Shown: one piece after another, positions 30,601 to 39,820 of the stretch
Position numbering within the stretch: position 1 is the stretch's first letter
Layout of the letters: each line of letters starts with the position of its first letter
NCBI GenBank assembly: GCA_026388655.1
Contig: JAPLJI010000057.1
Span: 3,604 to 67,603, forward strand
DNA length: 64,000 nucleotides
Direction of reading: 5' to 3'
Source of the DNA: Pseudomonadota bacterium
GTDB taxonomy: Bacteria; Desulfobacterota; JAPLJL01
Notes under the pieces: model-generated
Told to the model about the DNA's origin: nothing
Databases searched by the model: none
The model's input: only the letters and a program-made list of their open reading frames with translations
Position numbers and translations under genes: made by a program

Positions 30601-30730
30601 TCGGAGAATCCACGTCCGGCATCAGGCCCATCCCCATCCGGCGGTAGGAAATCACCCCGAAGAGGATCAGCCCGATCATCAGCATCCAGGCGAAAACCGG
30701 GTTCCGGATCGCGCGGTCGGCCAGGGTCAT
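27602..30730 (-). CDS. RND-superfamily efflux permease (AcrB/HAE1-like)
   Basis: 1042-aa ORF with a 12-TM, two-large-periplasmic-loop architecture and a typical N-terminus MTLADRAIRNPVFAWMLMIGLILFG. Confidence 0.9.
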   Translation of the reverse strand: MTLADRAIRNPVFAWMLMIGLILFGVISYRRMGMGLMPDVDSPIIGISALMQGAAPEVMETEIVDQMEEAIMGIEGVKEVSSSARYGRASISVEFVLSKNIDVALQEIQARLAQIARDLPREMDPVEYHKSNPEDQPILWLSLRGKKSLRELMEYTRDHLKDKFQTISGVGEVFLGGFTDPNLRVWLDAKKMERLEITVDDVMNAIQMQHVELPAGLIEGSERERNVRVTGEAGDVKEFENIIIPARAGGGPIFKILRLKDVGRVEEGLADIRRLSRTMGDTAVGLGIRKQRGSNAVAVAHEVKKRMAEVQKELPAGMELALNFDTTKFTEEAVGEMNFTLILSALLTSLVCWFFLGSWTATINILLAIPTSIIGSFIVIYFLGFTLNTFTILGLTLAVGIVVDDAIMMLENISRYREKGLSRIKAAMTGANEITFAAIATSIAVLAIFVPVAFMSGIIGKYFFQFGVTMSVAVLLSLLEALTLTPMRTSQFLKVGRRTFLGRGVDRGMDALRKGYRYALSGALEYRWLVLLGAAAFFFASYYQFLPRLKKEFIPPQDQGILLIRFQAPPGSSLAYTDAALKQIEDYLSHRPEVLRYFGDIGGMGGGDVNTGMMFVTLYPFKERPVVPPRKAPLTQQELMGVWRAGLNKIQGLRKVVIQDPSMSGFASMRGFPIEFTVRGPDWDRLVGFSREIMKQMEVSGLMVDIDTDYVIGAPEIRVLPDREACGEHGVDVATVARSINSLIGGVRVGQYTEGERRYDIRVRLASEERNKTKDIGRIWIRNNRGELLRLSEVVKVVEKPTVVSITRRNRERAVRITANIAPGKSQAEAIATVEKIGKQVLPEGYRTVLAGSAQTFTESFQSLIFALILGIVVAYMVLGSQFKSFVHPVTVLLALPFSVSGAFIALYLAGRSLNIYSMIGLILLMGIVKKNSILLVDFTNKRREQGMELREALLDACPIRLRPILMTSIATIAAAIPPALALGPGAEIRIPMAIAVIGGVLVSTLLTLFVVPCAMTLLSRLESKRHWNELRQVLKEMGQDK

Positions 30731-32031
30731 GGTTCACCCCCAAATCTCGAGATGGCTCCGGCCGCCACCGCGAGACGGATGGCATTGAGCTTGGCCGCGT
30801 ACTGGACTTGATCCCTCCGGAGCCGGGCGGCGTAAAGATCGGTGAGGGCCTGGAGCACTTCCAGATTAGAGACCAGGCCCCGGCGATAATCCCCGGCTTG
30901 AAGTTTATAATTGCGATCGGCCAGGGCGACTACCTTTTCGTAATAGTTCAATTCAGACAAGAAGGCCCGGAGGCTATCCCAGGCGTTGCGCACTTCGGTC
31001 TCGACCTGCCGTTCCTGGAGCTTGAGCGCAAGTTCCGTCGCGCGCAGTCGGGAATTGGCCTCTCGAATCGAGGATTGGACCTGGCCCCAGGAGTAGAGCG
31101 GGACTTCGATCGCCGCCATAAAATCCCACTTGATTGGCCCCTGACCCTGATTCCCTTCCCGGACCGGGTAATAATTAGTATTGATGCTCAGGTTAGGATA
31201 ATGACCTGACCGGGCCACCTTCACCGCCGCTTGCGAGGTCGCCATTACTTCCTTCTGGGCCAGGATATCTGGCCTTTGCCGGGCCGAATCCAGATAGCGG
31301 GAAAGATCGTTGGGCTGGTCCGGGAGCGGGATGGTATCCGCGAGAGGAACATCTTTGTCGGCCCCGGTGAAGAAGGCCAGGGACTCCCTTGCCAATACCC
31401 GCGCTTGTTCCAATTCTTCCCGATTGGCCTCGATCCCCGCGAGTTGGCTCTGGGCCGCCACCACCTCCGCCTCGCGGGAACGCCCGATCCGCTCCCGTTC
31501 GGAAAGCTCTTTGATCCGGTCCTGCATCAGCGCCTGTTGGGATTTTGTCACCTGGATCTGGTTCTCAATCTGGATCACGTTCCAGAAGGCCTGGGCCACA
31601 TCGACGAGGAGACTCTGCTCGGCCCGCTTCATCTCATATTCCCGCCGCCGGGTGATGGCGGTGGCTGACCTCAAAGCGGCCATCTCCCGGTAACCGGTTA
31701 AAGCCGGTAATTGGAGTTTAAAGGCCCCCTGGGGTTGCCGTAATTTAGTTTGTGAAGGGTCCTGGTAGAGTTCCTGCCATTGAAATGAGAGCCGGGGAGG
31801 AATCTGGGCCCAGGTCTGCCGGTATTGTTCCTCGGCTTGCCTGATGACTTCTTCGCTTATGGCAATATTTTCGCTTTGCTTTAGCGCCCTTTCATAACAC
31901 TGCCGGAGGTCCAGCGCTCCCAACGGCGCCGCTTTTTCTTCCGCAGCCGGGGCGGATACCGAAAGAAGCATAATCATGATCGCCGACGCGGTGATTTTTT
32001 TCGGATTAAGACACATTGGCCTGAAAATCAT
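30727..32031 (-). CDS. TolC-like outer membrane efflux protein (OEP family)
   Basis: Signal peptide, two OEP repeats, and coiled alpha-helical segments. Overlaps the RND gene by 4 nt. Confidence 0.8.
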   Translation of the reverse strand: MIFRPMCLNPKKITASAIMIMLLSVSAPAAEEKAAPLGALDLRQCYERALKQSENIAISEEVIRQAEEQYRQTWAQIPPRLSFQWQELYQDPSQTKLRQPQGAFKLQLPALTGYREMAALRSATAITRRREYEMKRAEQSLLVDVAQAFWNVIQIENQIQVTKSQQALMQDRIKELSERERIGRSREAEVVAAQSQLAGIEANREELEQARVLARESLAFFTGADKDVPLADTIPLPDQPNDLSRYLDSARQRPDILAQKEVMATSQAAVKVARSGHYPNLSINTNYYPVREGNQGQGPIKWDFMAAIEVPLYSWGQVQSSIREANSRLRATELALKLQERQVETEVRNAWDSLRAFLSELNYYEKVVALADRNYKLQAGDYRRGLVSNLEVLQALTDLYAARLRRDQVQYAAKLNAIRLAVAAGAISRFGGEP

Positions 32032-32221
32032 CTTTCTTTGCCAAAGTCACCTTTATATTTTTCGACCTTTTCGACCGGGAAAGGTTCTTTTCCTTTATAA
32101 AGACCCTGGAATAGGTCTTTTGGTTTACACGCGCCTTCAACTCCGCTTAAATATAGAAGAATTCAGAAAAAGAGGGAGATAAGGGTTTCCGCCCGGGTTT
32201 GGCCTTTTATCCGGGTTTTTA

Positions 32222-33268
32222 CTATTCCGGGTCACGGGAAAAATTGAAATCCGCCGGCGAGCCGGCGAAGGCGGCGGCATTATCGGGGGTCAGATACTTT
32301 TGGTAGCCTTTCTCGCCCGCCAGGTAAACCTGGAAGAACGCCACCGCGTAATTGCGGACGATCTCCCACATCCTCTCCGAACCGAGGGAGCCGTCCAGGT
32401 TGCCCGAGTCGGTAAACCCGGTATGCCCCCCGCCGATGATCTGGATATAAAACCTGGGGTTCGGGGGAAGCGCCGGGTAAAGCACTTCCAGCTTTTGCCG
32501 GGGAACAAGGATGTCCGTGGTCCCGCCTATGATCATAACGGGAACGGTCACGCTGCCGGCCCCGTGCATGTTCTCGCCCCAGACCTCGTTCAATCCCGGG
32601 GCCAGGGCCATGCCCGCCTTGATCCGGGGATCGGCCAGTTCCGGGATCTGGGCCGGAAAATCGATAAAACCGCACCCCGTGGAAGGATTGGGCTCCTCGC
32701 ACATCTGGTTAAACTCATCCACTTTCAGGGAAGCCCCGGCCAGGGCCAGGGTGGTATATCCGCCGAAGGAATGCCCGGCGGCCCCGATCTTTTCCGGGTC
32801 AATCAGACCGGAAAGAAGCGGGTCCCCGCCCCGCTCCGACTCCAGGATCCGGTCGAGGGCGAAGGATATATCCTGGGGCCGTTTGATGGCCATATACGGT
32901 TCCGAAGGAACGAATTGGTCCAGGCCTACGTTCCCCTGGTGGTCGCAGGCGGCGGCCACGAAGCCGTGGGTGGCCAGATGTTCGGTGATGAAGGTGTATA
33001 AGTCGCGGCTTCCCCCGCTCCCATGCGAAAAGAGAATCAGGGGGTAGGGGGCGTGGCTCCGATCCACGGTGCCGTCCAACCGGGCGGGATACCAGATCGA
33101 AGTGGGAAGCGCGCGGTCCCGGGAATCATCGTGCCAGTCATAAACCGCCTTCGAGGCCGCATACGGCCCGGCCGCGGCGGGATCGGAGACCGGCCCCCCG
33201 GAACAGGTCAGCGCGCTGGCAAAGGAAAGCAGGATTAGACCGGGGAAAATGCTTTTCCCCAAATCCAT
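32222..33268 (-). CDS. Secreted alpha/beta-hydrolase (esterase/lipase-like)
   Basis: Signal peptide, GHSFGG nucleophile elbow, and HGxGGS oxyanion-type region. Confidence 0.65.
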   Translation of the reverse strand: MDLGKSIFPGLILLSFASALTCSGGPVSDPAAAGPYAASKAVYDWHDDSRDRALPTSIWYPARLDGTVDRSHAPYPLILFSHGSGGSRDLYTFITEHLATHGFVAAACDHQGNVGLDQFVPSEPYMAIKRPQDISFALDRILESERGGDPLLSGLIDPEKIGAAGHSFGGYTTLALAGASLKVDEFNQMCEEPNPSTGCGFIDFPAQIPELADPRIKAGMALAPGLNEVWGENMHGAGSVTVPVMIIGGTTDILVPRQKLEVLYPALPPNPRFYIQIIGGGHTGFTDSGNLDGSLGSERMWEIVRNYAVAFFQVYLAGEKGYQKYLTPDNAAAFAGSPADFNFSRDPE

Positions 33269-33281
33269 CGCTAATCTGGGA

Positions 33282-33713
33282 TTATTCTCCGGCCGGTTTT
33301 TTCTTGAAGATCTTGCCGGGCTTCTTCATCGTGTCGCCGGCCGCCTTGACCACGTTGTTGAACCAGAGCCCCCGGTTCATGTCGCCTTCGAAGCGGACCT
33401 TCTGCTCCATCATTCCCTGGGCCACTGCTTCCTCGGACCCCGCCTTGAGGATGTCAAACCCGGCCTTGGCGTCGGAAAAAACCCAGGAAAACTCCGGGTT
33501 GGGGTGAATTCCCTTTCTACTCTCGAGCTTTCCGCCCCGGAGGATGTAATACCTCCCGATGTCCTCCCGCTCCGCCTTGAACTGGACGATCAGGTCATTC
33601 TCCTTGGCCATCTTTTTGACTTCGGGATTAAGCACCCGGCCCCAGCGGAGGGCGAAGCAGATCCCCCGGAGCGTCAAGAGGAACTTCAAATCATCCGCAT
33701 TGTAGAGTTTCAT
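33282..33713 (-). CDS. SCP2 sterol-carrier-like domain protein
   Basis: 143-aa ORF whose C-terminal GMMEQKVRFEGDMNRGLWF pattern resembles the SCP2 GKLKxxGD motif. Confidence 0.45.
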   Translation of the reverse strand: MKLYNADDLKFLLTLRGICFALRWGRVLNPEVKKMAKENDLIVQFKAEREDIGRYYILRGGKLESRKGIHPNPEFSWVFSDAKAGFDILKAGSEEAVAQGMMEQKVRFEGDMNRGLWFNNVVKAAGDTMKKPGKIFKKKPAGE

Positions 33714-33889
33714 TGATCCACCTCCTTTTTCTAAAAACCCATTAGGACGTTTTTATTTACTTTATCATAAACGAAATCTATTTTTTTTTCAGCAAGGGTC
33801 CGGTTAAGATAGCTCAATAATCGGCTCCTATTTTCGATAACCAAATTTTTCATGGTGGTTTAACCCATTTTATGAAGTAAGGAAGGCAG

Positions 33890-34441
33890 ATGAGAAACCG
33901 ATTCGTTACGCTCGCTCTGGTGATCTCGACATTCGCTCTGGCCAACTCCGCCTGTTTCGGCAAGTTCGAACTCACCCGGAAGCTTTATCAATTCAATCAT
34001 GATGTTCACAAAGACCCCTTCGTCCGCTCGGCGGTGATGTGGGTGATGATCCTCGTCCCCATTTACGAAATCGGTGCCTTCCTCGATTTTACTTTCTTCA
34101 ACCCCATCGAGTTCTTCACCGGCTCCAATCCCGTCACCGCGCTCGACGGGAAGCCCATGATCGTCACCGACGGGTCAAACCGGGCCGTGATCTCCCGGAC
34201 GGAAAACCAGATCAAGATTGATTTTTATGAGCACGACACCTGCCTTGGCTCCATCCGGGTCACCCAGGATGAAATGGGCGTGGTCCGCGCCGCCGGCAAA
34301 CTCGGCTCCGAAGGCGACTTCACCGCCACCTACCAGAACGGCACCTTCACTATCAGCGATAAAAACGGGATGGAAACCCTTTCCACTGACGAGGTCCGGG
34401 CCCGGGTCGAGGCCTCCGGCTTCACCGTACCCGCTTTATAA
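33890..34441 (+). CDS. Secreted/lipoprotein-like hypothetical protein (DUF3332-like)
   Basis: Signal peptide ending ...LANSAC. No catalytic motifs recognised. Confidence 0.4.
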   Translation: MRNRFVTLALVISTFALANSACFGKFELTRKLYQFNHDVHKDPFVRSAVMWVMILVPIYEIGAFLDFTFFNPIEFFTGSNPVTALDGKPMIVTDGSNRAVISRTENQIKIDFYEHDTCLGSIRVTQDEMGVVRAAGKLGSEGDFTATYQNGTFTISDKNGMETLSTDEVRARVEASGFTVPAL

Positions 34442-34520
34442 AAAATATCCCCCTTGAACCCTTGAACCCTTGAACCCTAAACTTAAAACTTGGAACCCTA
34501 TTTTTGATTGGAGGTGATTT

Positions 34521-35702
34521 ATGGCCGGACCCCTGAAAGGAATGAAGATCCTCGATTTTTCCGCCCTGCTCCCCGGGCCCTTCGGCACGATGATCCTGGG
34601 CGACCTGGGCGCCGAGGTCCTGAAGGTCGAGGCCCCCAACCGCCCCGACCTGATGCGCTTCGCCCCGCCCTACGACGGCGGAGAATCCTCCATGCACCAC
34701 GTCATTAATCGAAATAAAAAATCCATCGGGATCAACCTGAAATTTCCGGAAGGGGTCGAGCTGGTGAAAAAACTAGTCCGGGCCTACGACATCATGATCG
34801 AGCAGTTCCGCCCGGGGGTGATGGAAAAACTGGGGGTTGGATACGAAACCCTGAAAAAGGAAAATCCCCGGCTGATCTACTGTTCCATCACCGGCTACGG
34901 TCAAACCGGGCCCTACCGCGACCGGGCCGGTCATGACATCAACTACCTCTCCACCGCTTCGATCCCGAGCTTCTCCCATCGGAAGGGCGAGCGGCCCTTT
35001 CCCCAGGCCGTCCAGATCGCCGACGTGGGCGCCGGCTCCTACCAGGCGGTGGTCGCGATCCTGGCCGCGGTAATTCACCGGGAAAAAACCGGGGAGGGCC
35101 AGTATCTCGACGTTTCCATGACGGACGGGGCGGTCTCCTGGATCACCCACCACGCCCCCTCTTACCTGATTGACGGGAAAAGCCCGGGGGCGGAGGACGC
35201 CTTCCTCTCCGGGGGCGTGCATTTTTACGACTATTACGAGACCAAGGACGGCCGTTTCATGAGCGTGGGCTCGATCGAGCCCCAGTTCTACGCCGACCTC
35301 TGCCGCGGCCTCGGCCGGGAAGACCTGAAGGAAAAACAAAATGTCGAGGGCCAGGCCTCGGCGGAACTCAAGGCCGAGCTGCGCAAGATTTTCTCCGGGA
35401 AAACCCAGAAGGAATGGATCGAGATTTTCGCCAAGCTCGACGCCTGCGTCGAGCCCGTCCTGACCATGGGCGAGATGTGCGACCATCCCCAGACCCGGGC
35501 GCGGGGGATGGTGGTCACGGTGAAGAAACCGGACGGAACGCCGCAGAAACAGATCGCGAGCCCCTTCAAGCTCTCGGCCACCCCGCCCGAGATCCGTTCG
35601 GTCGGCCCCAAGATGGGCGAACATACCGACGAAGCCATGAAAGCCATCGGCTATTCCGAAAAAGAGATCCAGGCCCTCCGGGAAAAAGGCGTGGTCGCGT
35701 AA
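34521..35702 (+). CDS. Family III CoA-transferase (CaiB/BaiF/Frc-like)
   Basis: N-terminus LKGMKILDFSALLPGPFGTMILGDLGAEVLKVE and an overall length of ~390 aa are typical of the family. Confidence 0.8.
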   Translation: MAGPLKGMKILDFSALLPGPFGTMILGDLGAEVLKVEAPNRPDLMRFAPPYDGGESSMHHVINRNKKSIGINLKFPEGVELVKKLVRAYDIMIEQFRPGVMEKLGVGYETLKKENPRLIYCSITGYGQTGPYRDRAGHDINYLSTASIPSFSHRKGERPFPQAVQIADVGAGSYQAVVAILAAVIHREKTGEGQYLDVSMTDGAVSWITHHAPSYLIDGKSPGAEDAFLSGGVHFYDYYETKDGRFMSVGSIEPQFYADLCRGLGREDLKEKQNVEGQASAELKAELRKIFSGKTQKEWIEIFAKLDACVEPVLTMGEMCDHPQTRARGMVVTVKKPDGTPQKQIASPFKLSATPPEIRSVGPKMGEHTDEAMKAIGYSEKEIQALREKGVVA

Positions 35703-35739
35703 ATGACGATTGACGATTGCGGAATTTGGTTTTTACGCT

Positions 35740-35872
35740 GTCATTCCCGCGAAAGCGGGAATCCAGACCCTTTTCGTCATCCCCGCGAAGGCGGGGATCC
35801 AGAAGCAGAGGATGGATTCCCCCGGATCAAGTCCGGGGCAGGCTTGGTCAAGCCCGGAATGACAAACACTCG
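35740..35872. repeat. Cluster of three GTCATTCC-family hairpins (reverse orientation relative to the 12833 copy)
   Basis: gtcattcccgcgaaagcgggaatccag; gtcatccccgcgaaggcggggatccag; ggattcccccggatcaagtccggggcaggcttggtcaagcccggaatgac. Confidence 0.7.
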
Positions 35873-35951
35873 AAAAAGAAGGTGGCTTGGCTTGTCCTGA
35901 GCAAAATCGAAGGATTGTTGGGTGGCTAGAAAAAGCGGATAATAATCAGCG

Positions 35952-36347
35952 ATGAAGAAAAGAACCTATACTGAAGCACACGCCCGCGCCGGGCTTTCCG
36001 AAAAGCTGCCCGCGATCGAGTGTTTTGAAAACCAGTTCCCGGGCTACGAGATCACGATCGAGATCCCGGAATTCACCTCGATCTGCCCCCGCACCGGCCT
36101 CCCCGACTTCGGAATGATCACGATCGTTTACACCCCCGGGAAACTTTGCCTCGAGCTCAAGTCGCTCAAGGAATACATCCTCGCCTACCGCGACCTGGGG
36201 ATCTTCAACGAAAACGCCGTGAACCGGATTTTAAAGGACGTGGTCCGCGCCTGCCGTCCCGTCCGGGCCGCGGTCCGGGGCGAGTTCAACCCCCGGGGCG
36301 GGATCGGCCTCGTCGCCGAGGCCCGCCATCCCCGCCAGAAAAACTGA
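35952..36347 (+). CDS. queF: NADPH-dependent 7-cyano-7-deazaguanine reductase
   Basis: 131-aa unimodular QueF with the catalytic Cys (TSICPRTGLPDFG) and the ELKSLKEY QueF motif. Confidence 0.85.
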   Translation: MKKRTYTEAHARAGLSEKLPAIECFENQFPGYEITIEIPEFTSICPRTGLPDFGMITIVYTPGKLCLELKSLKEYILAYRDLGIFNENAVNRILKDVVRACRPVRAAVRGEFNPRGGIGLVAEARHPRQKN

Positions 36348-36356
36348 CTTTCGGAT

Positions 36357-37814
36357 TTATAAATCCGGCCTGCGGGAATTGGGAAAGATCTTTTCCTTCA
36401 CCTGGTCGGCGATTCCCTTCGCTTCCGGCATCTCGGGAAATTCCGGTTCTTCGATTTCGACCAGGGTCCGGTAGATCTCGGCGCGGTCGAGCACGCTTTT
36501 GACGTATTCGACCACCGCCCCGCACCGGCAATAGCCGCTCTTCGTCTTCTGGTAATACTCCCTCTCCGCCAGGAGGGGCAGGGTCTCCCGAATGCCCCCG
36601 ATCCATCCCTTCGGGTTGAGATTTTTCTGCCAGGCCAGGTCCTGGGCGGCGCGGACATGCTCGGTCCCGACCAGATAAGCCGCCAGGGCGAAGTTCATCC
36701 GCTCCGCTTCGGGGATGTTCGCGAAGACGTCCCGGAGCTGGTGGAGATATTTCGCGCCCCCGCGGATCCCCGCTTCCGGCTCCACCGGGTTTGAAATCCC
36801 GAGGGCATAGGCCGTGGTCGGGGTCAGCTGGGTGAGCCCGAGCGCCCCGGTGAAGCTCTCGGCCTCCGGGTCGAAGTTGGATTCCTCGTAAATCAGGGCC
36901 GCAAGCAGGGTCCATTCCAGCCCGTTGGCCTCCGCGTATTTCCGGATCAGGCGGTCGTAGGGACTGATCCGCCCCTTCTCCTTGACCTGCCGGTGGGCCT
37001 GGCGGTAGCGGGTGGGTGAATAAACGTAGTACCTCCGCATGAGCATGTTATAAAACATCGAGCGGTAGGTTTCCTCCCAAAAACGGTCGATGGCCGCGAG
37101 CAAGAGGGGGGAGCTCTTCCGGACCAGCCAGGACAGGGGAAGGTCCCCGGAGATCTCGAAGGCGATCTTCAGATTGGGGTGGTACTTGATCTCGAGCTCG
37201 GCCATGTGGCTGTAAGCCACCGTGGAGTCGATCTTGCCCTCGGAAAGCAGTCCGAGGATGTCCTCGGTATCGAATTCGCCCCGGAGCGGAACGATCTTGA
37301 TCTTGCCCTTGAGTCTCCGGTTCAGGGCCTGCAAATGTTTCTGCAGGTTGGTGCCCTTCCGGACCCAGACCCGGCGTCCCGGCAGGTCGAGGACGGATTT
37401 CAAGTTCTCGTTGTCCTTACGGACGACCACCGCCACCCGGGTGAAATCGTAAGGACGGGTCGAGGTCACCCGGCTGGCGGGCCGTTCCTCAAGTGGAACC
37501 GAGGCGGCCACCAGGTCGCCCTTCCCGGCCAGGAGCCAGGGGATTAAGTCTTCACCCCGGGGGGGGATCACCACCTCGATCTTCACCCCCAGCTCTTCCG
37601 CGAACTTCCGGGCCAGCTCGTATTCGAAGCCCCGCTCCTCTCCCCGGTAAAGAAAGAAACAGTTGTAGTTGTTCCGGGTTAAAACCCGGAGCGTCCCCCC
37701 GGCTTTAATCTCCGGGAGATCCGGTTCATCATTTTTCTGACAGCTGGAGGCGAGAAAGAAGGAAGCGCAAAACCAAACCAGGAGGGAATATATTTTCAGC
37801 TTTCGTTTCCGCAT
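36357..37814 (-). CDS. mltF: Membrane-bound lytic murein transglycosylase F-like (solute-binding-protein family 3 domain fused to an SLT domain)
   Basis: N-terminal lipoprotein/SBP_bac_3 fold. The C-terminal SLT domain carries the catalytic Glu (ESNFDPEAES...GLTQL). Confidence 0.75.
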   Translation of the reverse strand: MRKRKLKIYSLLVWFCASFFLASSCQKNDEPDLPEIKAGGTLRVLTRNNYNCFFLYRGEERGFEYELARKFAEELGVKIEVVIPPRGEDLIPWLLAGKGDLVAASVPLEERPASRVTSTRPYDFTRVAVVVRKDNENLKSVLDLPGRRVWVRKGTNLQKHLQALNRRLKGKIKIVPLRGEFDTEDILGLLSEGKIDSTVAYSHMAELEIKYHPNLKIAFEISGDLPLSWLVRKSSPLLLAAIDRFWEETYRSMFYNMLMRRYYVYSPTRYRQAHRQVKEKGRISPYDRLIRKYAEANGLEWTLLAALIYEESNFDPEAESFTGALGLTQLTPTTAYALGISNPVEPEAGIRGGAKYLHQLRDVFANIPEAERMNFALAAYLVGTEHVRAAQDLAWQKNLNPKGWIGGIRETLPLLAEREYYQKTKSGYCRCGAVVEYVKSVLDRAEIYRTLVEIEEPEFPEMPEAKGIADQVKEKIFPNSRRPDL

Positions 37815-37886
37815 CCTACCTTCCTGTTTCCTGACCCCTTCCGGGGCTAGGAAACAATAATCGGAATTGGTCCCGGGCGGGCGTCT

Positions 37887-39032
37887 TCAGATGATCTTTT
37901 CGGCCCGCAGGGATTCGATCTGCTCGCTAGAAAAACCCAGGATGTTTTTCAGGATTTCCCCGGTGTGCTGGCCCAGCATCGGCGGCGGATCGAAGGTTTC
38001 CCCGGGGGTTTCGGACATCTTGATCGGGTTCCCCGCCAGGCGGAGCTTGCCCCCCCGGGGATGCTCGGTTTCGACCAGCATTTTCTGGTCCAGCACCGCC
38101 GGGTCGGAAAACACCTGGTCCAGGGAATTGATCGGGGCGCAGGGAACCCCGTTTTTCTCGAGCTCGGGAAGCCATTCCTCGGCGGGGCGGGCGAGGAAAA
38201 TCTCCTCCAGGGTCCGCATGATCTCCCCCCGGTTCTTGAGCCGGGCCTCGTTATCGAGGAAGCGCGGGTCGCAGGCGAGCCCCTCCCGGTCGATCACCCG
38301 GCAGAGCGACTCCCAGAACTTGGGCAGGTGGGCGTCCACCACGATCCAGCGGGTCTTGGTCCGGAAGGCGGCGTAGGGCACGAAGGATGCGTGGCTCGAG
38401 CCCGCCGGCCCGGGCACCTTCCCGGAATGAAGGTAGTAGCCGGCGTTGTAGGTTAAAAGCGAAACCATCGCGTTGAGAAGCGGGATGTCGATCATCTGCC
38501 CCTGCCCGGTTTTTTCCCGGTGGTGAACCGCCGCCAGGATCGCGGTGGCGGCCAGCATCGCCGCGGCGTGGTCCACGATCGAGATCCCCATCCGGAGGGG
38601 GAGCCCGCCCGGTTCGCCGGTCAGGCTCATCCCCCCGCCCCGGGCCTGGAGCATGAGATCGAAGGCGGGGAGATCGCGGAAGGGGCTCTTCACCCCGTAA
38701 CCGGTGATCGAGCAGCAGATGATCCGGGGGTTAATCTTCTTCAGGTTTTCATAATCCAGCTTGAGCTTCTCCAGGGCTCCCGCCCGGAGGTTGTCGATGA
38801 CCGCGTCGGATTTCCGGACCAGCTCCAGGAATATCTCCTTGCCCTTTTCCTTCTTGAGGTCGAGGGTGATGGATTTCTTGTTCCGGTTGAAGCTCTGGAA
38901 ATAAACGCTGTCCCCGTGGACGAAGTAAGGCGGGGTCGCGCGGGCCGAGTCCCCGCCGTCGGGGGATTCCACCTTGATCATCTCCGCCCCCAGGTCGCCG
39001 AGAATCATCCCGGTAAAAGGACCGGCGATCAC
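37887..39032 (-). CDS. Family III CoA-transferase (CaiB/BaiF-like), second paralogue
   Basis: 381-aa ORF with N-terminus MIAGPFTGMILGDLGAEMIKVE and the conserved Asp region. Confidence 0.8.
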   Translation of the reverse strand: MIAGPFTGMILGDLGAEMIKVESPDGGDSARATPPYFVHGDSVYFQSFNRNKKSITLDLKKEKGKEIFLELVRKSDAVIDNLRAGALEKLKLDYENLKKINPRIICCSITGYGVKSPFRDLPAFDLMLQARGGGMSLTGEPGGLPLRMGISIVDHAAAMLAATAILAAVHHREKTGQGQMIDIPLLNAMVSLLTYNAGYYLHSGKVPGPAGSSHASFVPYAAFRTKTRWIVVDAHLPKFWESLCRVIDREGLACDPRFLDNEARLKNRGEIMRTLEEIFLARPAEEWLPELEKNGVPCAPINSLDQVFSDPAVLDQKMLVETEHPRGGKLRLAGNPIKMSETPGETFDPPPMLGQHTGEILKNILGFSSEQIESLRAEKII

Positions 39033-39177
39033 CTGGGTCAGAAAGACGAATTCCTAATCAATGACCAATGCCAAATCCCCATTGACCAATCAACTACCTA
39101 AGTTTGATTTCCGATATCAGGTTTGGTTATTAGAGTTTGGGATTCGATTAGACATTAGAAATTAGTCATTAGTAATT

Positions 39178-39618
39178 CTATAGCTTTACCAAAATTGTTA
39201 ATTTTCCTTCCTGGACCACCTCGCCCTTCTGGTTCTTGAGCTTCCGTTCGAACACTACCTTCCCGGCATTTCCTTCCAGGGGCAGTTTTTCCGCCACCTG
39301 GTTGTGGAGAACCACCGTGTCTCCGAAAAAGATGGGGGCCGAGAAGCGCCAATCGATGTTCACGTAACCGGCCTCGGCCAGGGGCGGGCTCACCGAGCCC
39401 AGGCCCGACATGATTGCCGCCCCTAAAAGCCCGTGGGCGATGTTCTTCCCGAAGATCGTCTTGTTCCGCCCGTATTCGGCGTCCACGTGGAGGGGGTTGA
39501 AGTCCCCGGAGAGTCCGGAAAAGTTGACCACGTCGGCCTCGGTCACGGTCCTCCCCTGGGAAACGAACTCGTCCCCCGCCTTGAAATCCCCGTAATGCAG
39601 TCTTCCCTCTTTATCCAT
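39178..39618 (-). CDS. MaoC-like (R)-specific enoyl-CoA hydratase/dehydratase (hotdog fold)
   Basis: DFNPLHVD...IAHGLL hydratase motif. Confidence 0.75.
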   Translation of the reverse strand: MDKEGRLHYGDFKAGDEFVSQGRTVTEADVVNFSGLSGDFNPLHVDAEYGRNKTIFGKNIAHGLLGAAIMSGLGSVSPPLAEAGYVNIDWRFSAPIFFGDTVVLHNQVAEKLPLEGNAGKVVFERKLKNQKGEVVQEGKLTILVKL

Positions 39619-39820
39619 CTCGCCTCCGATCTGGTCTGTCTTGTCTATTTAGTCTATCTGGTTCATTTAGTCTGTTTAGTCTGTTTGGTTTATCTGGTTT
39701 ATCTGGTTTATCTGGTTTCTCCGGTTTCTTTGGTTAACTGATACCCTGATGCCCTGATATCCATCTCCTGATTCCCTGATTGCCTGATTTCCTGTTTTCT
39801 CTTTCTAGCCACCTAACCAC

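Noticed and set aside
29099-30811. 570-aa plus-strand ORF inside the RND permease gene, plus several 140-220 aa ORFs opposite it
   Set aside because: Shadow ORFs of the 1042-aa RND gene with His/Asp/Gly/Arg-rich nonsense composition.
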